Source: Gammaproteobacteria bacterium
GTDB lineage: Bacteria; Pseudomonadota; Gammaproteobacteria; Methylococcales; Methylomonadaceae
Length of the DNA: 64,000 nt
Assembly: GCA_016874115.1 (NCBI GenBank)
Contig: VGVA01000002.1
Span: 8,102-72,101, forward strand
Reading direction: 5' to 3'
Under the pieces are notes generated by a model, which was given only the letters and a program-made list of their open reading frames with translations, ran no database searches and was not told the DNA's origin. A program made the translations under genes and the position numbers. Position 1 is the first letter of the stretch; each line of letters opens with the position of its first letter. This document shows, piece after piece, positions 1-11,115 of the stretch.

Positions 1-9
1 TAATAATAA

Positions 10-616
10 ATGAATACTAAACTGCCTTCATGGTCACTTGAAGATGCTAAAAACCTTTCAGAAAAATTTCCTTTTACATTCTATAAGCCTTCAAGTGATG
101 AAGTTAAAAAACTTGCTAAAGGCAATCAAGTTAAATTAATTTTTCTGTTTGCATCTGACGACCCAAAAACACCACAAGGCGAGCGCATGTGGGTGACAAT
201 CGAAGAAATTAGCGGAACTGCTTATATCTAACCAACCTTTATACATTGTCGATTTAAGTATTGGTGATCAAATTCATTTTGAAGAAAAACATATTATTGA
301 TACTGAGCTTGAAGACCCTGTACCCAGTATTGTCGATAAATATTCTATTCAATGTCTCGTAACACGGAAAGTTCTTTCCGAAGGTTATAAGGTTGGTTAT
401 CTTTACCGTAAAGAACCAGACCACGAAAATGATAGCGGTTGGCGAATTATGTCAGGCGACGAATCACAAGAATACATTGATAATCCGGAAAATACTTCTG
501 TTGTTACATTAGGAGCGGTTCTTCTAAAAGATGATAGTATTTTGCATTTGTTAGATACACCTGTCGGCTCAGCTTATAAACGCAATTTTGAAACCTCAAA
601 ATTTGAAACCTTGTAG
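10..616 (+). pseudogene. DUF2185-family (immunity-like) protein, split by a frameshift at ~229
   Basis: ORF 10-231 (…GERMWVTIEEISGTAYI*) continues in the +1 frame from 230 as NQPLYIVDLSIGDQIHF…GYLYRKEPDHENDSGWRIMSGDESQEYIDNPEN…LLDTPVGSAY…* (stop 614-616). GYLYRxEP…DSGWR…GDES is the DUF2185 signature. Confidence 0.8.
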
Positions 617-619
617 TGC

Positions 620-821
620 TGTAGGGCGGATTAGCCACGCAAACTCTCCAATACTGAAAAAATCATGTTACTTAGAGCGTGGCGCTTGTGCCCCGTGGGT
701 ATAATCCGCCGTATGGTGCAGTTTTTCATTCGGCGGATTATTTATGCCCTGTGGGTGCGACGCGCTCAACCGAAAGTAAAACCAAGAACATAGATTACTT
801 GCGCGTCTAATCCGCCCTACA
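620..821. repeat. Composite GTAG-type REP doublet (REPIN/BIME-like)
   Basis: Perfect 15-bp terminal inverted repeat TGTAGGGCGGATTAG (620-634) / CTAATCCGCCCTACA (807-821). Inner inverted repeat ATAATCCGCCG (701-711) / CGGCGGATTAT (731-741). Lies between convergent genes. Confidence 0.85.
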
Positions 822-830
822 TGGGTTGAT

Positions 831-2273
831 TTACCGCGGTAATTCCGAATAACCCATCAAATATTCATCCACCGAACGAGCGGCTTGCCTGCCTTCACGG
901 ATGGCCCAAACAACCAAAGATTGACCTCGACGTCCGTCGCCAGCGGCAAAGACTTTATCGATGCTGGTGCGGTATTGGCGGTCATCGGCTTTAATATTGC
1001 CGCGCGGGTCATGTTCCACGCCCAATGTTTTTAGCAGCCCTTCCTGTACGGGATGGACAAAACCCATCGCCAGCAGAACTAAATCGGCTTTCACAGTGAA
1101 GGCGCTGCCGGGTTTTTCAGCCATTTTCCATTGGCCGCCTTCATTCTTCCATTCCACCTCAATGCCGTTCAATTCATTAACTTTACCGTCTTTGCCGGTT
1201 ACGCTGGTGGTATTCACGCTCCAGCGCCGCTCGCAACCTTCTTCCTGTGAAGAAGAGGTACGGAATTTATTGGGCCACAGCGGCCAAGTCATTAATTTAT
1301 TTTCTTTTTCCGGCGGTTTGGGCAGAATTTCAATCTGGGTAACGGATGCTGCGCCTTGCCGGATCGACGTGCCGATACAGTCGGAACCGGTATCGCCGCC
1401 GCCAATCACCACCACATGCTTGCCGGTGGCGCTGATAGCAACGTCATCGGGAATTACATCACCCGCATTACGTTTGTTTTGCTGACGTAAAAAGTCCATG
1501 GCGAAATATACGCCGTCCAGTTCATTGCGCCCCGGCACTTCCAGATCGCGCGGCTTTTCCGAGCCGACCGCCAACACAACGGCGTCGTAATTCGTTAATA
1601 AGTCTTGCGCAGAAATATTTGCGCCGACATGGCTGTTGGGCCTGAATTTAACGCCTTCCGCCTGCATTTGCGCTATACGCCGGTCGATATGGTGTTTTTC
1701 CATCTTGAAATCGGGAATACCGTAACGAAGCAAACCACCGATTCGGTCGTTTTTTTCGTACACCACGACTTCGTGGCCCGCACGCGCCAATTGCTGGGCG
1801 CAGGCCATGCCTGCCGGACCCGAACCAATCACGGCAACGCGTTTGCCGGTTTTTTGCAAAGGAATTTGCGGCTTTATCCAGCCCATGTTCCAGCCTTTAT
1901 CGACGATGGCGCACTCGATAGACTTAATCGTCACCGGCTGGTCGGTCAGATTCAATGTGCATGCCGCTTCGCAAGGCGCAGGGCAAATCCGTCCGGTAAC
2001 CTCAGGAAAGTTATTGGTGCTGTGCAGTATAGCCAAGGCATTCTGCCAATCTTCGCGGTACACCATTTCATTCCAGTCCGGAATGATGTTATTAATCGGG
2101 CAGCCATTGTGGCAGTACGGGATTCCACAATCCATACAGCGCGCGCCTTGAGTAGAGATTTCCGCATCCGCTGGAACCAGCACGAATTCGCGATAATGCT
2201 TAATGCGTTCGCCGGCAGGTGCATATTTCCTGTCAGCCCGAGAAATTTCCATAAACCCTGTTGGTTTACCCAT
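831..2273 (-). CDS. gltD: Glutamate synthase small subunit
   Basis: MGKPTGF start, Fe-S motifs CMDCGIPYC and [15 protein letters not shown] and GGGDTGSDC nucleotide-binding motifs. Confidence 0.98.
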   Translation of the reverse strand: MGKPTGFMEISRADRKYAPAGERIKHYREFVLVPADAEISTQGARCMDCGIPYCHNGCPINNIIPDWNEMVYREDWQNALAILHSTNNFPEVTGRICPAPCEAACTLNLTDQPVTIKSIECAIVDKGWNMGWIKPQIPLQKTGKRVAVIGSGPAGMACAQQLARAGHEVVVYEKNDRIGGLLRYGIPDFKMEKHHIDRRIAQMQAEGVKFRPNSHVGANISAQDLLTNYDAVVLAVGSEKPRDLEVPGRNELDGVYFAMDFLRQQNKRNAGDVIPDDVAISATGKHVVVIGGGDTGSDCIGTSIRQGAASVTQIEILPKPPEKENKLMTWPLWPNKFRTSSSQEEGCERRWSVNTTSVTGKDGKVNELNGIEVEWKNEGGQWKMAEKPGSAFTVKADLVLLAMGFVHPVQEGLLKTLGVEHDPRGNIKADDRQYRTSIDKVFAAGDGRRGQSLVVWAIREGRQAARSVDEYLMGYSELPR

Positions 2274-2297
2274 GATGTCGACCTTATTAATTAACTA

Positions 2298-5200
2298 TTA
2301 TGCAGCTGCAGTTGCTTGCAATGCCTGATTTTGTTGTAGGGCTTTTCTGTACTCTACCGGCATGACTTTTATAAACCGCGGCAGATATTCGCTCCAGTTA
2401 TCCAAAATCTCTTGGGCGCGCTGGCTGCTGGTATAATGCCTGTGGTTTTCTATCAAGCGTTTCAAACGCACCGCATCGTGGCGAGTCATATCCGTCATAA
2501 TCTGAACGCGGCCATGCGTTTGCATGTCGCCGCCTTGATGCCCCGTTGCTTCCAGTGCATCGTCATCTGAGGGAACCGGTTCGAGCGCAACCATAGCCAT
2601 ATTACAGCGGCGTTCGAAATCACCTTTTTCATCCAGCACATAAGCGATACCGCCGGACATCCCGGCGGCAAAATTGCGCCCGGTTGAACCCAACACGACC
2701 ACCACACCGCCGGTCATGTATTCGCAACCGTGGTCGCCGACGCCTTCAACGACGGCAATCGCGCCGGAATTACGCACAGCAAAGCGCTCACCGGCCACGC
2801 CGTTGAAATAACATTCGCCGCTGATCGCGCCGTACAAAACGGTATTACCGACGATGATGTTTTCCGCCGGATTAATGTTGCAGTCTTTGGGCGGCATAAT
2901 GGCAATCCGGCCGCCGCTCATGCCTTTACCGACATAATCGTTGCCGTCGCCTTGCAACTGGATCGAAACGCCCTGTGCCAAAAATGCGCCAAAACTTTGT
3001 CCGGCGGTACCTTTTACATTAATGGCAATGGTATCGTCCGGCAAGCCTTTATGGCCGTAACGTTTAGCCACTTCGCCTGACAACATGGCGCCGAATGTTC
3101 GATTAATGTTGCGAATCGGAATAGTAATCTGCACCGGTTTTCCAGCTTCCAACGCGGGAGCCGCCTGTTTTATTAACTCATGATCCAGTGCATTTTCCAA
3201 GCCGTGATCCTGCGCTTCAGACTGGTACACCGCGGTGTGCTCGTCAACTTCCGGCTTATAGAATATACGGCTGAAGTCAAGACCTTGAGACTTCCAATGC
3301 GCCAATGCCGACTGCATATTCAGCTTATCAGAACGACCTATCATTTCGTTAATGGTACGGAAACCCAGCTTTGACATCCAGCGGCGCACATCTTCGGCGA
3401 CTAGGAAGAAATAGTTAACGACATGTTCCGGTTGTCCCGTAAAGCGTTTTCTCAATTCCGGATCTTGCGTAGCCACGCCGACCGGACAGGTATTGAGATG
3501 GCATTTACGCATCATAATGCAGCCTGCTACGATTAATGGCGCGGTAGCAAAACCGAACTCGTCCGCACCGAGCAAAGCGCCGATTATCACATCCCTGCCC
3601 GTCCGCAAGCCGCCGTCAACCTGCACGGCAATACGGCCGCGCAACTTGTTCAAAACCAGAGTTTGATGAGTTTCGGCAAGGCCGATTTCCCAAGGCAAGC
3701 CTGCATGTTTTATGGATGTCATCGGGCTGGCGCCTGTGCCGCCGTCATACCCTGCAATAGTCACGTGGTCGGCATGGGCCTTTGAAACGCCCGCAGCAAC
3801 AGTGCCGACGCCGACTTCCGACACTAATTTAACGCTGATCCGCGCGCTGGGATTAACGTTTTTCAGATCGTGAATAAGCTGAGCCAGATCTTCAATCGAA
3901 TAAATATCGTGATGCGGCGGCGGCGAAATCAAGCCGACGCCGGGTGTAGAATGTCTGACCTTAGCAATGGTGGCGTCGACTTTATGCCCCGGCAACTGCC
4001 CGCCTTCGCCAGGCTTAGCGCCTTGTGAAATTTTAATTTGGATATCGTCGGCATTAACCAGATATTCGGTAGTAACGCCAAAACGGCCTGAAGCAACCTG
4101 CTTGATGGCAGAACGTTTGGAATCGCCGTTCGGCAGCGGCTTGAAGCGCTCCGGCAGTTCGCCGCCTTCGCCGGTATTGGATTTACCCCCAATCCGGTTC
4201 ATAGCGATTGCCAACGTGGTGTGCGCTTCGTATGAAATCGAGCCGAACGACATGGCGCCGGTAGCAAAACGTTTGACGATTTCCGATGCGGACTCGACTT
4301 CTTCCAACGGCACCGGTGTTTCAGCTTCATTAAAGGACATTAATCCGCGCAAGGTCAGCAGGTTTTCGTTTTGCTCATCGATTAATCGGCAAAATTCATC
4401 GAACTGTTCCCGGCTGTTGCTACGGGTTGCATGTTGCAGCTTACTGATGGACGCTGGTGTCCAGGCATGCGCTTCGCCGCGCACACGGTAAGCGTATTCG
4501 CCGCCTAAATCCAGCGCATCTTTCAACAAAGGCGCATTGCCGAAGGCCAAGCGATGGCGGCGCACGGTTTCTTCGCTAATTTCCGCCAAACCCGCACCCT
4601 CTGTCGTGCTGGTCGTGCCGGTGAAATATTTGTCTAAAAACGGCTCCGACAAACCGATGGCGTTAAAAATCTGTGCTCCACAGTAAGATTGATAAGTGGA
4701 AATACCCATTTTAGACATGACTTTTAGCAAGCCTTTAGCGACTGCTTTGACGTAATGCTTGTGCGCCTCATACTCGCTGAGACCGGGTATTTTTTCGCAC
4801 AAATTAGATAAGGTATCGAAAGCCAGATAAGGATTAATGGCTTCCGCGCCGTATCCGGCAAGCAGACAGAAATGTTGCACTTCGCGCGCTTCGCCTGTTT
4901 CGATCACCAAACCGACACTCGTCCGCAAACCTTCACAGGTTAAAAAATGATGGACAGCCGATGTCCCCAGCAGCGCCGGTATGGCGACGTGGGTGGCATC
5001 CATATCGCGGTCAGACAATATTAAAATATTATTGCCGTCTTCAACCGCCTGTTTAGCGGCTTGACACAAGCGTTCCAGCGCCGTTGCCATGCCGCTTGCG
5101 CCCATGTCGCTGGGATAGCACAAGCTTAAAGTTTTGGTTTTAAATGCGCCGTCCGTACGGATTTCAATACGGCGGATTTTTTCCAGATCCTGGTTAGTTA

Positions 5201-6917
5201 ATATCGGCTGTTCCACTTCAAGACGCATGTGGGTGCCGCCTTCGTCAAGACCGAATAAATTCGGTCTTGGTCCGATAAAGGAAACCAAAGACATGACCAG
5301 CTCTTCGCGGATCGGATCGATGGCCGGATTGGTAACCTGAGCAAAACCTTGTTTAAAATAATCATACAACAATCTGGGACGTTGCGATAACACAGCCAGA
5401 GCCGTGTCGATCCCCATCGATCCGATCGCTTCCTGTCCGGTCTGCGCCATCGGTTTCATCAAAAACTCAATATCTTCCTGCGTGTAACCGAACGCTTGCT
5501 GACGATCCAGCAAAATACGGGCGTCAGGCGCCATAGCAGCGACTTCCGGCGGTAATTTGGCAAGATGAATTTGCGTTTGGCTCAGCCAATCCGCATACGG
5601 ATGGGAATTAGCCAACTGTGCTTTTAGTTCGGCATCATCGATAATCCGGCCCTGTTCGGTGTCGATTAATAGCATTTTACCGGGCTGCAAACGCCATTTT
5701 TTGACGATTTTGTGTTGTGGTGGCTCAAGCACACCCATTTCCGACGCCATGATGACGAAATCGTCATCCGTTACCAGATAACGCGCCGGTCGCAAGCCAT
5801 TGCGATCCAGCGTCGCGCCGATTTGGCGGCCATCGGTAAACGCCACGGCCGCGGGGCCGTCCCACGGCTCCATTAATGCCGCGTTGTATTCGTAAAAGGC
5901 GCGCTGCTTTTCTTCCATTAAATCATTGCCCGCCCAGGCCTCCGGAATTAACAACATCATGGCGTGAGCCATAGAATAACCACCGGCGATTAATAACTCC
6001 AGCGCGTTATCGAAACAGGCGGAATCGGATTGCCCATCGGCTATTAATGGCCACAGCTTATGGATATCGTCGCCCAATACGGCTGAAGCAATGGAGTGGC
6101 GTCTTGCCGCCATCCAGTTGACGTTGCCGGTTAAGGTATTAATTTCACCGTTGTGCGCAATCATCCGGAACGGGTGCGCCAAATCCCAGGTGGGAAAGGT
6201 ATTGGTGGAAAACCGCTGATGCACTAACGCCAATGCGCTTATTATGCGCTCATCTTTCAGGTCTGGGAAAAAGGTGCCTACCTGATTGGCCAGCAACATC
6301 CCTTTATACACGATGGTGCGCGAAGACAGGGACGGCACGTAAAAAGCATGGCCGTTATCCAATTTCAAATCGCGGACGGCGTTTTCCGCTTGCTTGCGGA
6401 TAACAAACAATTTTCGCTCAAAAGCATCCTGATTGGCGCAGGCAGCACCGCGACCGATAAAAATCTGCCGGATAGCAGGTTCGACCGGTTTTACCGAGTA
6501 ACCCAGATCACGGTTGTCGACCGGCACATCGCGCCAACCTAAAAAGACAGCCTGCTCTTGCTCTATATACTTGATTAATAACGCTTCGCACGTTTTGCGA
6601 TCGGCTTCGTTACGGGGCAAAAATACCATGCCGACCGCATAATCACCCGCTGCAGGCAAATTAATACCCAGCTGTTTGCATTCCGCTTGAAAAAAAGCAT
6701 CGGGTATTTGCAGCAATATCCCAGCGCCGTCGCCCGCGCAAGGGTCTGCCCCCACCGCGCCGCGATGTGTTAAATTTTCTAACAAATCCAATCCCTGACG
6801 GACTATAGCATGGCTTTTTTGACCTTTTATGTGGACGATAAAGCCCACACCGCACGCATCGTGTTCGTTGCGCGGATCGTATAATCCCTGTCTGGATGGC
6901 AAATGACGTTGGTTCAT
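2298..6917 (-). CDS. gltB: Glutamate synthase large subunit
   Basis: HDACGVGF Ntn-amidotransferase start, [47 protein letters not shown]; 1539 aa. Confidence 0.99.
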   Translation of the reverse strand: MNQRHLPSRQGLYDPRNEHDACGVGFIVHIKGQKSHAIVRQGLDLLENLTHRGAVGADPCAGDGAGILLQIPDAFFQAECKQLGINLPAAGDYAVGMVFLPRNEADRKTCEALLIKYIEQEQAVFLGWRDVPVDNRDLGYSVKPVEPAIRQIFIGRGAACANQDAFERKLFVIRKQAENAVRDLKLDNGHAFYVPSLSSRTIVYKGMLLANQVGTFFPDLKDERIISALALVHQRFSTNTFPTWDLAHPFRMIAHNGEINTLTGNVNWMAARRHSIASAVLGDDIHKLWPLIADGQSDSACFDNALELLIAGGYSMAHAMMLLIPEAWAGNDLMEEKQRAFYEYNAALMEPWDGPAAVAFTDGRQIGATLDRNGLRPARYLVTDDDFVIMASEMGVLEPPQHKIVKKWRLQPGKMLLIDTEQGRIIDDAELKAQLANSHPYADWLSQTQIHLAKLPPEVAAMAPDARILLDRQQAFGYTQEDIEFLMKPMAQTGQEAIGSMGIDTALAVLSQRPRLLYDYFKQGFAQVTNPAIDPIREELVMSLVSFIGPRPNLFGLDEGGTHMRLEVEQPILTNQDLEKIRRIEIRTDGAFKTKTLSLCYPSDMGASGMATALERLCQAAKQAVEDGNNILILSDRDMDATHVAIPALLGTSAVHHFLTCEGLRTSVGLVIETGEAREVQHFCLLAGYGAEAINPYLAFDTLSNLCEKIPGLSEYEAHKHYVKAVAKGLLKVMSKMGISTYQSYCGAQIFNAIGLSEPFLDKYFTGTTSTTEGAGLAEISEETVRRHRLAFGNAPLLKDALDLGGEYAYRVRGEAHAWTPASISKLQHATRSNSREQFDEFCRLIDEQNENLLTLRGLMSFNEAETPVPLEEVESASEIVKRFATGAMSFGSISYEAHTTLAIAMNRIGGKSNTGEGGELPERFKPLPNGDSKRSAIKQVASGRFGVTTEYLVNADDIQIKISQGAKPGEGGQLPGHKVDATIAKVRHSTPGVGLISPPPHHDIYSIEDLAQLIHDLKNVNPSARISVKLVSEVGVGTVAAGVSKAHADHVTIAGYDGGTGASPMTSIKHAGLPWEIGLAETHQTLVLNKLRGRIAVQVDGGLRTGRDVIIGALLGADEFGFATAPLIVAGCIMMRKCHLNTCPVGVATQDPELRKRFTGQPEHVVNYFFLVAEDVRRWMSKLGFRTINEMIGRSDKLNMQSALAHWKSQGLDFSRIFYKPEVDEHTAVYQSEAQDHGLENALDHELIKQAAPALEAGKPVQITIPIRNINRTFGAMLSGEVAKRYGHKGLPDDTIAINVKGTAGQSFGAFLAQGVSIQLQGDGNDYVGKGMSGGRIAIMPPKDCNINPAENIIVGNTVLYGAISGECYFNGVAGERFAVRNSGAIAVVEGVGDHGCEYMTGGVVVVLGSTGRNFAAGMSGGIAYVLDEKGDFERRCNMAMVALEPVPSDDDALEATGHQGGDMQTHGRVQIMTDMTRHDAVRLKRLIENHRHYTSSQRAQEILDNWSEYLPRFIKVMPVEYRKALQQNQALQATAAA

Positions 6918-7027
6918 GGATACCTCTGAAGTTATGGATCTTAAGGGTTGAGGCTGCTCGATTCACCCTTGTTTCGGCGCCTTCGCCGATTTTTTATCAG
7001 TAGGCCGCTAGGCGGCAAAACCCCTAA

Positions 7028-7056
7028 ATTATACGGATTTGATGCTTTTTTGTCAC
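7028..7056 (-). promoter_or_regulatory. sigma70-type promoter for gltBD
   Basis: Minus strand GTGACA-N17-TATAAT, about 110 bp upstream of the gltB ATG. Confidence 0.65.
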
Positions 7057-7235
7057 GCGGTGTTTTTACCGACCCCTGCAAGTTTTCAGCCCTCTTTTTC
7101 AGAAAAACATCGGAGAACGCGTCAAATCGTTTTTCTATGTTATCTTTTAGCACATTAATTAGGCAAAACACGCTAGGTGTAGTGCATAATTATTAGTCAG
7201 GTATTCTGATTCACCGTTGTCATTAATAATTGTTT

Positions 7236-8450
7236 ATGACCCAAAATTTTGATGTAGTTATTGTTGGCGGCGGCATGGTCGGCGCGGCATTGGCGTGTAG
7301 CCTGGGCGACAGCCCGTTACAGGTCGCAGTGATTGAAAACTCGCCGCCGCAGGCGTTTTCTCCGGATCAACCGCACGACTTGCGGGTATCCGCGCTGAGC
7401 ATGGCTTCCAAAGCCATTCTTGAAACCGTAGGCGCCTGGCAAGGTATTGAACAGCGCCGCTTGTGCCCTTTTCGGCGTATGCGGGTGTGGGAAACGGCGG
7501 GCGACACCGAATTCCGTAGCGACGACATCAACTTTCCACAGCTCGGCTACATCGTGGAAAATCGCGTGATTCAACTGGCTTTGCTGGAACGCTTGGCTGC
7601 ATTCGACAACATATCATTAATCTCACCGGCGTCCATTCAAAAAATCGAGTACTCGCCTGACCGTTTTAGCCATATTACGCTGGGCGACCAGTCTGTTTTG
7701 ACGGCAAAACTGCTGGTAGCCGCGGACGGCGGCAATTCCAGGGTCAGACAAACCGTTAATCTGGGCGTGACCAGCTGGGATTATCAACAACATGCGCTGG
7801 TTCTGTATGTTGAAACCGAATACGGTCAGCAGGACATCACCTGGCAACGCTTTCTGCCATCCGGCCCGCAAGCGTTTCTGCCATTGCCGGGACATTACGG
7901 CTCATTGGTGTGGTATAACTCGCCCGATGAAGTCAAACGGCTGCAAGCTTTGTCTTTAGCTGCTTTACAGGACGAGTTAATGGCGGCGTTTCCGCCGGAA
8001 CTAGGACAGGTCAAAGTGTTGGCTACCGCCAGTTTTCCGCTTAAACGACAACATGCGCAAGCCTATGTCAAGCCGGGCGTGGCGCTGGTGGGCGACGCCG
8101 CTCACATGATTAATCCATTGGCCGGACAAGGCGTCAATATCGGGTTCCTGGATGCGGCGGCGCTGGGCGAAGTACTGGTTGAAGCCGCCCGGAACGGTCT
8201 CGATCCTGACGATCTAAAGGTGCTTCGGCGCTATGAAACTATGCGCCGCACGGAAAATCTGAAAATGATGACCGTGATGGATGCCTTCTATCACGTCTTC
8301 AGCAATGAAATCCTGCCGGTTAAAATTCTGCGTAATTTAAGTTTGGGCCTCGCCGAACGGCTGTCCCCGGCCAAACACAAGGTAATGCGGATGGCGATGG
8401 GCATTGATGGCGATTTACCTAAGCTTGCTCGCGGCCAGCCCATCGTTTAA
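7236..8450 (+). CDS. UbiH/UbiF/VisC-family FAD-dependent ubiquinone-biosynthesis hydroxylase
   Basis: DVVIVGGGMVG, DLRVSAL, LVAADG, ALVGDAAHMINPLAGQGVN(I)G motifs. ATG at 7236 preferred over TTG at 7230. Confidence 0.9.
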   Translation: MTQNFDVVIVGGGMVGAALACSLGDSPLQVAVIENSPPQAFSPDQPHDLRVSALSMASKAILETVGAWQGIEQRRLCPFRRMRVWETAGDTEFRSDDINFPQLGYIVENRVIQLALLERLAAFDNISLISPASIQKIEYSPDRFSHITLGDQSVLTAKLLVAADGGNSRVRQTVNLGVTSWDYQQHALVLYVETEYGQQDITWQRFLPSGPQAFLPLPGHYGSLVWYNSPDEVKRLQALSLAALQDELMAAFPPELGQVKVLATASFPLKRQHAQAYVKPGVALVGDAAHMINPLAGQGVNIGFLDAAALGEVLVEAARNGLDPDDLKVLRRYETMRRTENLKMMTVMDAFYHVFSNEILPVKILRNLSLGLAERLSPAKHKVMRMAMGIDGDLPKLARGQPIV

Positions 8451-8457
8451 TGATTAA

Positions 8458-11115
8458 TCAGGCCGCTTGTTTCGGCGCATGACTATCCAACACTCTGATT
8501 AATTCCTGACGAAGTTGCTCTTGTTTATCGGGATCGGTAATAGGTTCGCCCTGCAAATCAGTAATCGAAAACATATCTTCTGCCCTACTGCCTATGGTAA
8601 TGATGCGCGCACTGTGCAGATTAATGTCTTGCCGGTTGAAGACACGACCAACCTTAGACAGTAACCCTGAATGATCCGTCGTGATTAACTCCAGGATGGT
8701 CTGGTTATTAAGCTGATCGGCATGAAATAGAATTTTCGTCGGAATCGGAAAATGCTTAGCCTGCCTGGACAGCCGATGTATGTTTTTATGCTCTTTGACA
8801 TATTGATTTTCCAGGTTATTTTGCAAAATATTGCAAATATGCTTAATGCGGTACGGCTCATTAATGGGTTCCCCCGTCTGCTCCAGCACTTGAAAACTGT
8901 TCAGCACATAACCATCGTCCGTCGACATAATCCGGGCATCCAGAATGGTCAGACCCAGTTGGTCTAATGTGGCGGTGCAAATGGAAAAGATAGCTCCGGC
9001 ATTTTTCGCATACACGAATACCTCCGCACTGCCGCGCCGGGTTTGGGAACGCAGCATCACCAAAGGTAAGGCTTGTTCACTGCAGGAAGCGATGGCTTTG
9101 CTGTGCCAGACAATTTCCTCGCTGGTGTAGCGCAAGAAATACTCGTCGGTAACGAGACGCCACAGTTTTTCAAGCCCGGCGTCGGTTAAGCCGAGCGCGA
9201 TTAATTCGTCTCTCGCTTCTTTTTTATGTTCCAGAATGCGATCCTTCAGCGCCAGCGGGTTTTGCAAGCCGCGCCGCAAGGCGTTGTGCGTTGCCGCATA
9301 CAGATCGCGTAGCAAGGAATCCTTCCAGGAATTCCACAACTCTGGATTTGTTGCGCGAATATCGGCCACCGTTAATAAATACAAGTGGTTCAGGTATTCG
9401 ATACTGCCTACTTTCTGAGCAAACTCATGCACTACATCCAGATCGCTGATGTCCTTACGCTGCGCAGTCATCGACATGATTAAATGATGCCTGACCAGCC
9501 AAGTGACCAGCTTAAGATCGTGCGAAGAAAAGTCGTGCTGACGGCAAAAATCTCTGGCAATTTCTTCTCCGACGGTGGAATGATCGCCGCCGCGGCCTTT
9601 AGCGATATCGTGAAATAACGCCGAGATATACAAAATTTCCGGCTTGTCGATCAAGGCAAAGACATCATTGCAGAAGGGCAATTCTTCCTGGTGTTTCGCC
9701 AACGAAAAACGCCGCAAATTGCGGATCACAAACAGCGTATGCTCATCCACCGTGTAGATGTGGAACAAATCGTACTGCATCCGGGCGACAATATTGGCAA
9801 AACAAGGCAGATACGCCGCCAGAATGCCGTAACGGTTCATCCGCCGCAACACGTGGGTGACGCCTTGCGGTTGCCGGAAAATCTCCATAAACAATTGATT
9901 TGCCTGCTTGTCATACCGGAAATCGTCATTAATCAGATCAAGATTTTTGCGGATCAGCCTGATCGTCGTTGCCCTCACCCCCTTCAGCGATGTGTTTTTC
10001 TGCAAAATAAGAAAGATTTCCAGCAAAGCCAGCGGCCGGCGTTTGAATACTTGGTCGTCTTTCGCTTCAATATACTGATTAATAATAACAAAATTATCAT
10101 TTAACGGGACGGGCGCACCGGCATTGTCGGCAATGACAAAGCGCTCGTTAAACAACTGCAACAGCATTTCGTTAAGCCGTTGCAATTCCAGAATGGTTTT
10201 GAAATAAAACTGCATGAACTGCTCGACATCCTGATTTCTTTGCTGCTGATCTTGCCCGGAAGCAAAGCCGAACTGTCGAGCCAGTTCTCTTTGATAGTCG
10301 AAAATCAGCCGGTCTTCGCCGCGATTGGTCAGCAAATGCAGGGCGTAACGGATACGCCACAGTACATGCAGCGCAGCAATGAGCTGGTCGTACTCGGATG
10401 CCGGCAAAAATCCGTATTGGATTAATTCGCGCAGGGTTTTGGAATTGTAATGGCGTTTGAATACCCAGGTGATAATCTGCATATCGCGCAAGCCGCCCGG
10501 ACCTTCTTTAATATTCGGTTCCAGGTTGTATGCGGTGTCGTGGTATTTGGCATGTCGTAATTGCTGTTCCAGCATTTTGGCGGCAAAAAACTGGTCGGAC
10601 GGCCAGATTTTTTCAGGCGTAATTTCTTCCCGCAAAGCCTGATACAGCGCCTGATTGCCGTCAACCAAACGATTTTCCATGATACTGGTCATGATCGTCT
10701 GATCCTCTTGGGCAACTGCGACACATTGGGCTATCGTACGGACGCTTTGACCGGGTTTCAGGCCGATATCCCACAGAAACGTCAGAAACTGGGTTAATGC
10801 TTCCTGATAAACGGCACTGTTGTCGTGATCCAGAAGTATCAGAAAATCAATATCCGAATGCGGAAACTGCTCTCGTCTGCCGTAACCTCCGACAGCAACC
10901 AGACTAAGTCTGTCGGCCTTATCAGCCAGAAAATGCCGCCAGCTCGCCGTCAAAATTTCATCGATAAAATCGGATTTTTCATTTAATAAATGTTTAACCG
11001 ACTGATGGGGATCGAACGCTTCCCGCAGAGCAAGCTCTTTTTCTTTAATTAATTGTTTAAACTTTTGCAGCCTGTCCTTGCCGGTAAACCAATCTGCAGG
11101 AATCTTCGCGTTCAT
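8458..11115 (-). CDS. glnD: [Protein-PII] uridylyltransferase / uridylyl-removing enzyme
   Basis: AVGGYGR…PHSDID nucleotidyltransferase motif, EPNIKEGPGGLRD, HD domain (LFHDIAKGRGGDHS), two C-terminal ACT domains. Confidence 0.98.
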   Translation of the reverse strand: MNAKIPADWFTGKDRLQKFKQLIKEKELALREAFDPHQSVKHLLNEKSDFIDEILTASWRHFLADKADRLSLVAVGGYGRREQFPHSDIDFLILLDHDNSAVYQEALTQFLTFLWDIGLKPGQSVRTIAQCVAVAQEDQTIMTSIMENRLVDGNQALYQALREEITPEKIWPSDQFFAAKMLEQQLRHAKYHDTAYNLEPNIKEGPGGLRDMQIITWVFKRHYNSKTLRELIQYGFLPASEYDQLIAALHVLWRIRYALHLLTNRGEDRLIFDYQRELARQFGFASGQDQQQRNQDVEQFMQFYFKTILELQRLNEMLLQLFNERFVIADNAGAPVPLNDNFVIINQYIEAKDDQVFKRRPLALLEIFLILQKNTSLKGVRATTIRLIRKNLDLINDDFRYDKQANQLFMEIFRQPQGVTHVLRRMNRYGILAAYLPCFANIVARMQYDLFHIYTVDEHTLFVIRNLRRFSLAKHQEELPFCNDVFALIDKPEILYISALFHDIAKGRGGDHSTVGEEIARDFCRQHDFSSHDLKLVTWLVRHHLIMSMTAQRKDISDLDVVHEFAQKVGSIEYLNHLYLLTVADIRATNPELWNSWKDSLLRDLYAATHNALRRGLQNPLALKDRILEHKKEARDELIALGLTDAGLEKLWRLVTDEYFLRYTSEEIVWHSKAIASCSEQALPLVMLRSQTRRGSAEVFVYAKNAGAIFSICTATLDQLGLTILDARIMSTDDGYVLNSFQVLEQTGEPINEPYRIKHICNILQNNLENQYVKEHKNIHRLSRQAKHFPIPTKILFHADQLNNQTILELITTDHSGLLSKVGRVFNRQDINLHSARIITIGSRAEDMFSITDLQGEPITDPDKQEQLRQELIRVLDSHAPKQAA

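Noticed and set aside
620-821. CRISPR array or integron attC interpretation of the repeat element
   Set aside because: The repeats are inverted rather than a direct-repeat array, there are no cas genes or integrase, and the RYYYAAC/GTTRRRY core sites are missing.
961-2294. Long + strand ORFs antisense to gltD (174, 229 and 114 aa)
   Set aside because: Shadow ORFs of a GC-rich coding strand; no recognisable motifs or RBS. The same applies to the many antisense ORFs over gltB, glnD, mutS, rpoB and rpoC.
6941-7196. 76-aa and 82-aa ORFs in the gltB/ubi intergenic region
   Set aside because: They overlap the predicted promoter and leader hairpins, are basic and low-complexity, and have no RBS.
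831-11115. gltBD near glnD as a dedicated nitrogen-regulation island
   Set aside because: They are separated by an unrelated ubiquinone hydroxylase and separately transcribed; glnD-map is a standard linkage, so the proximity alone is not informative.
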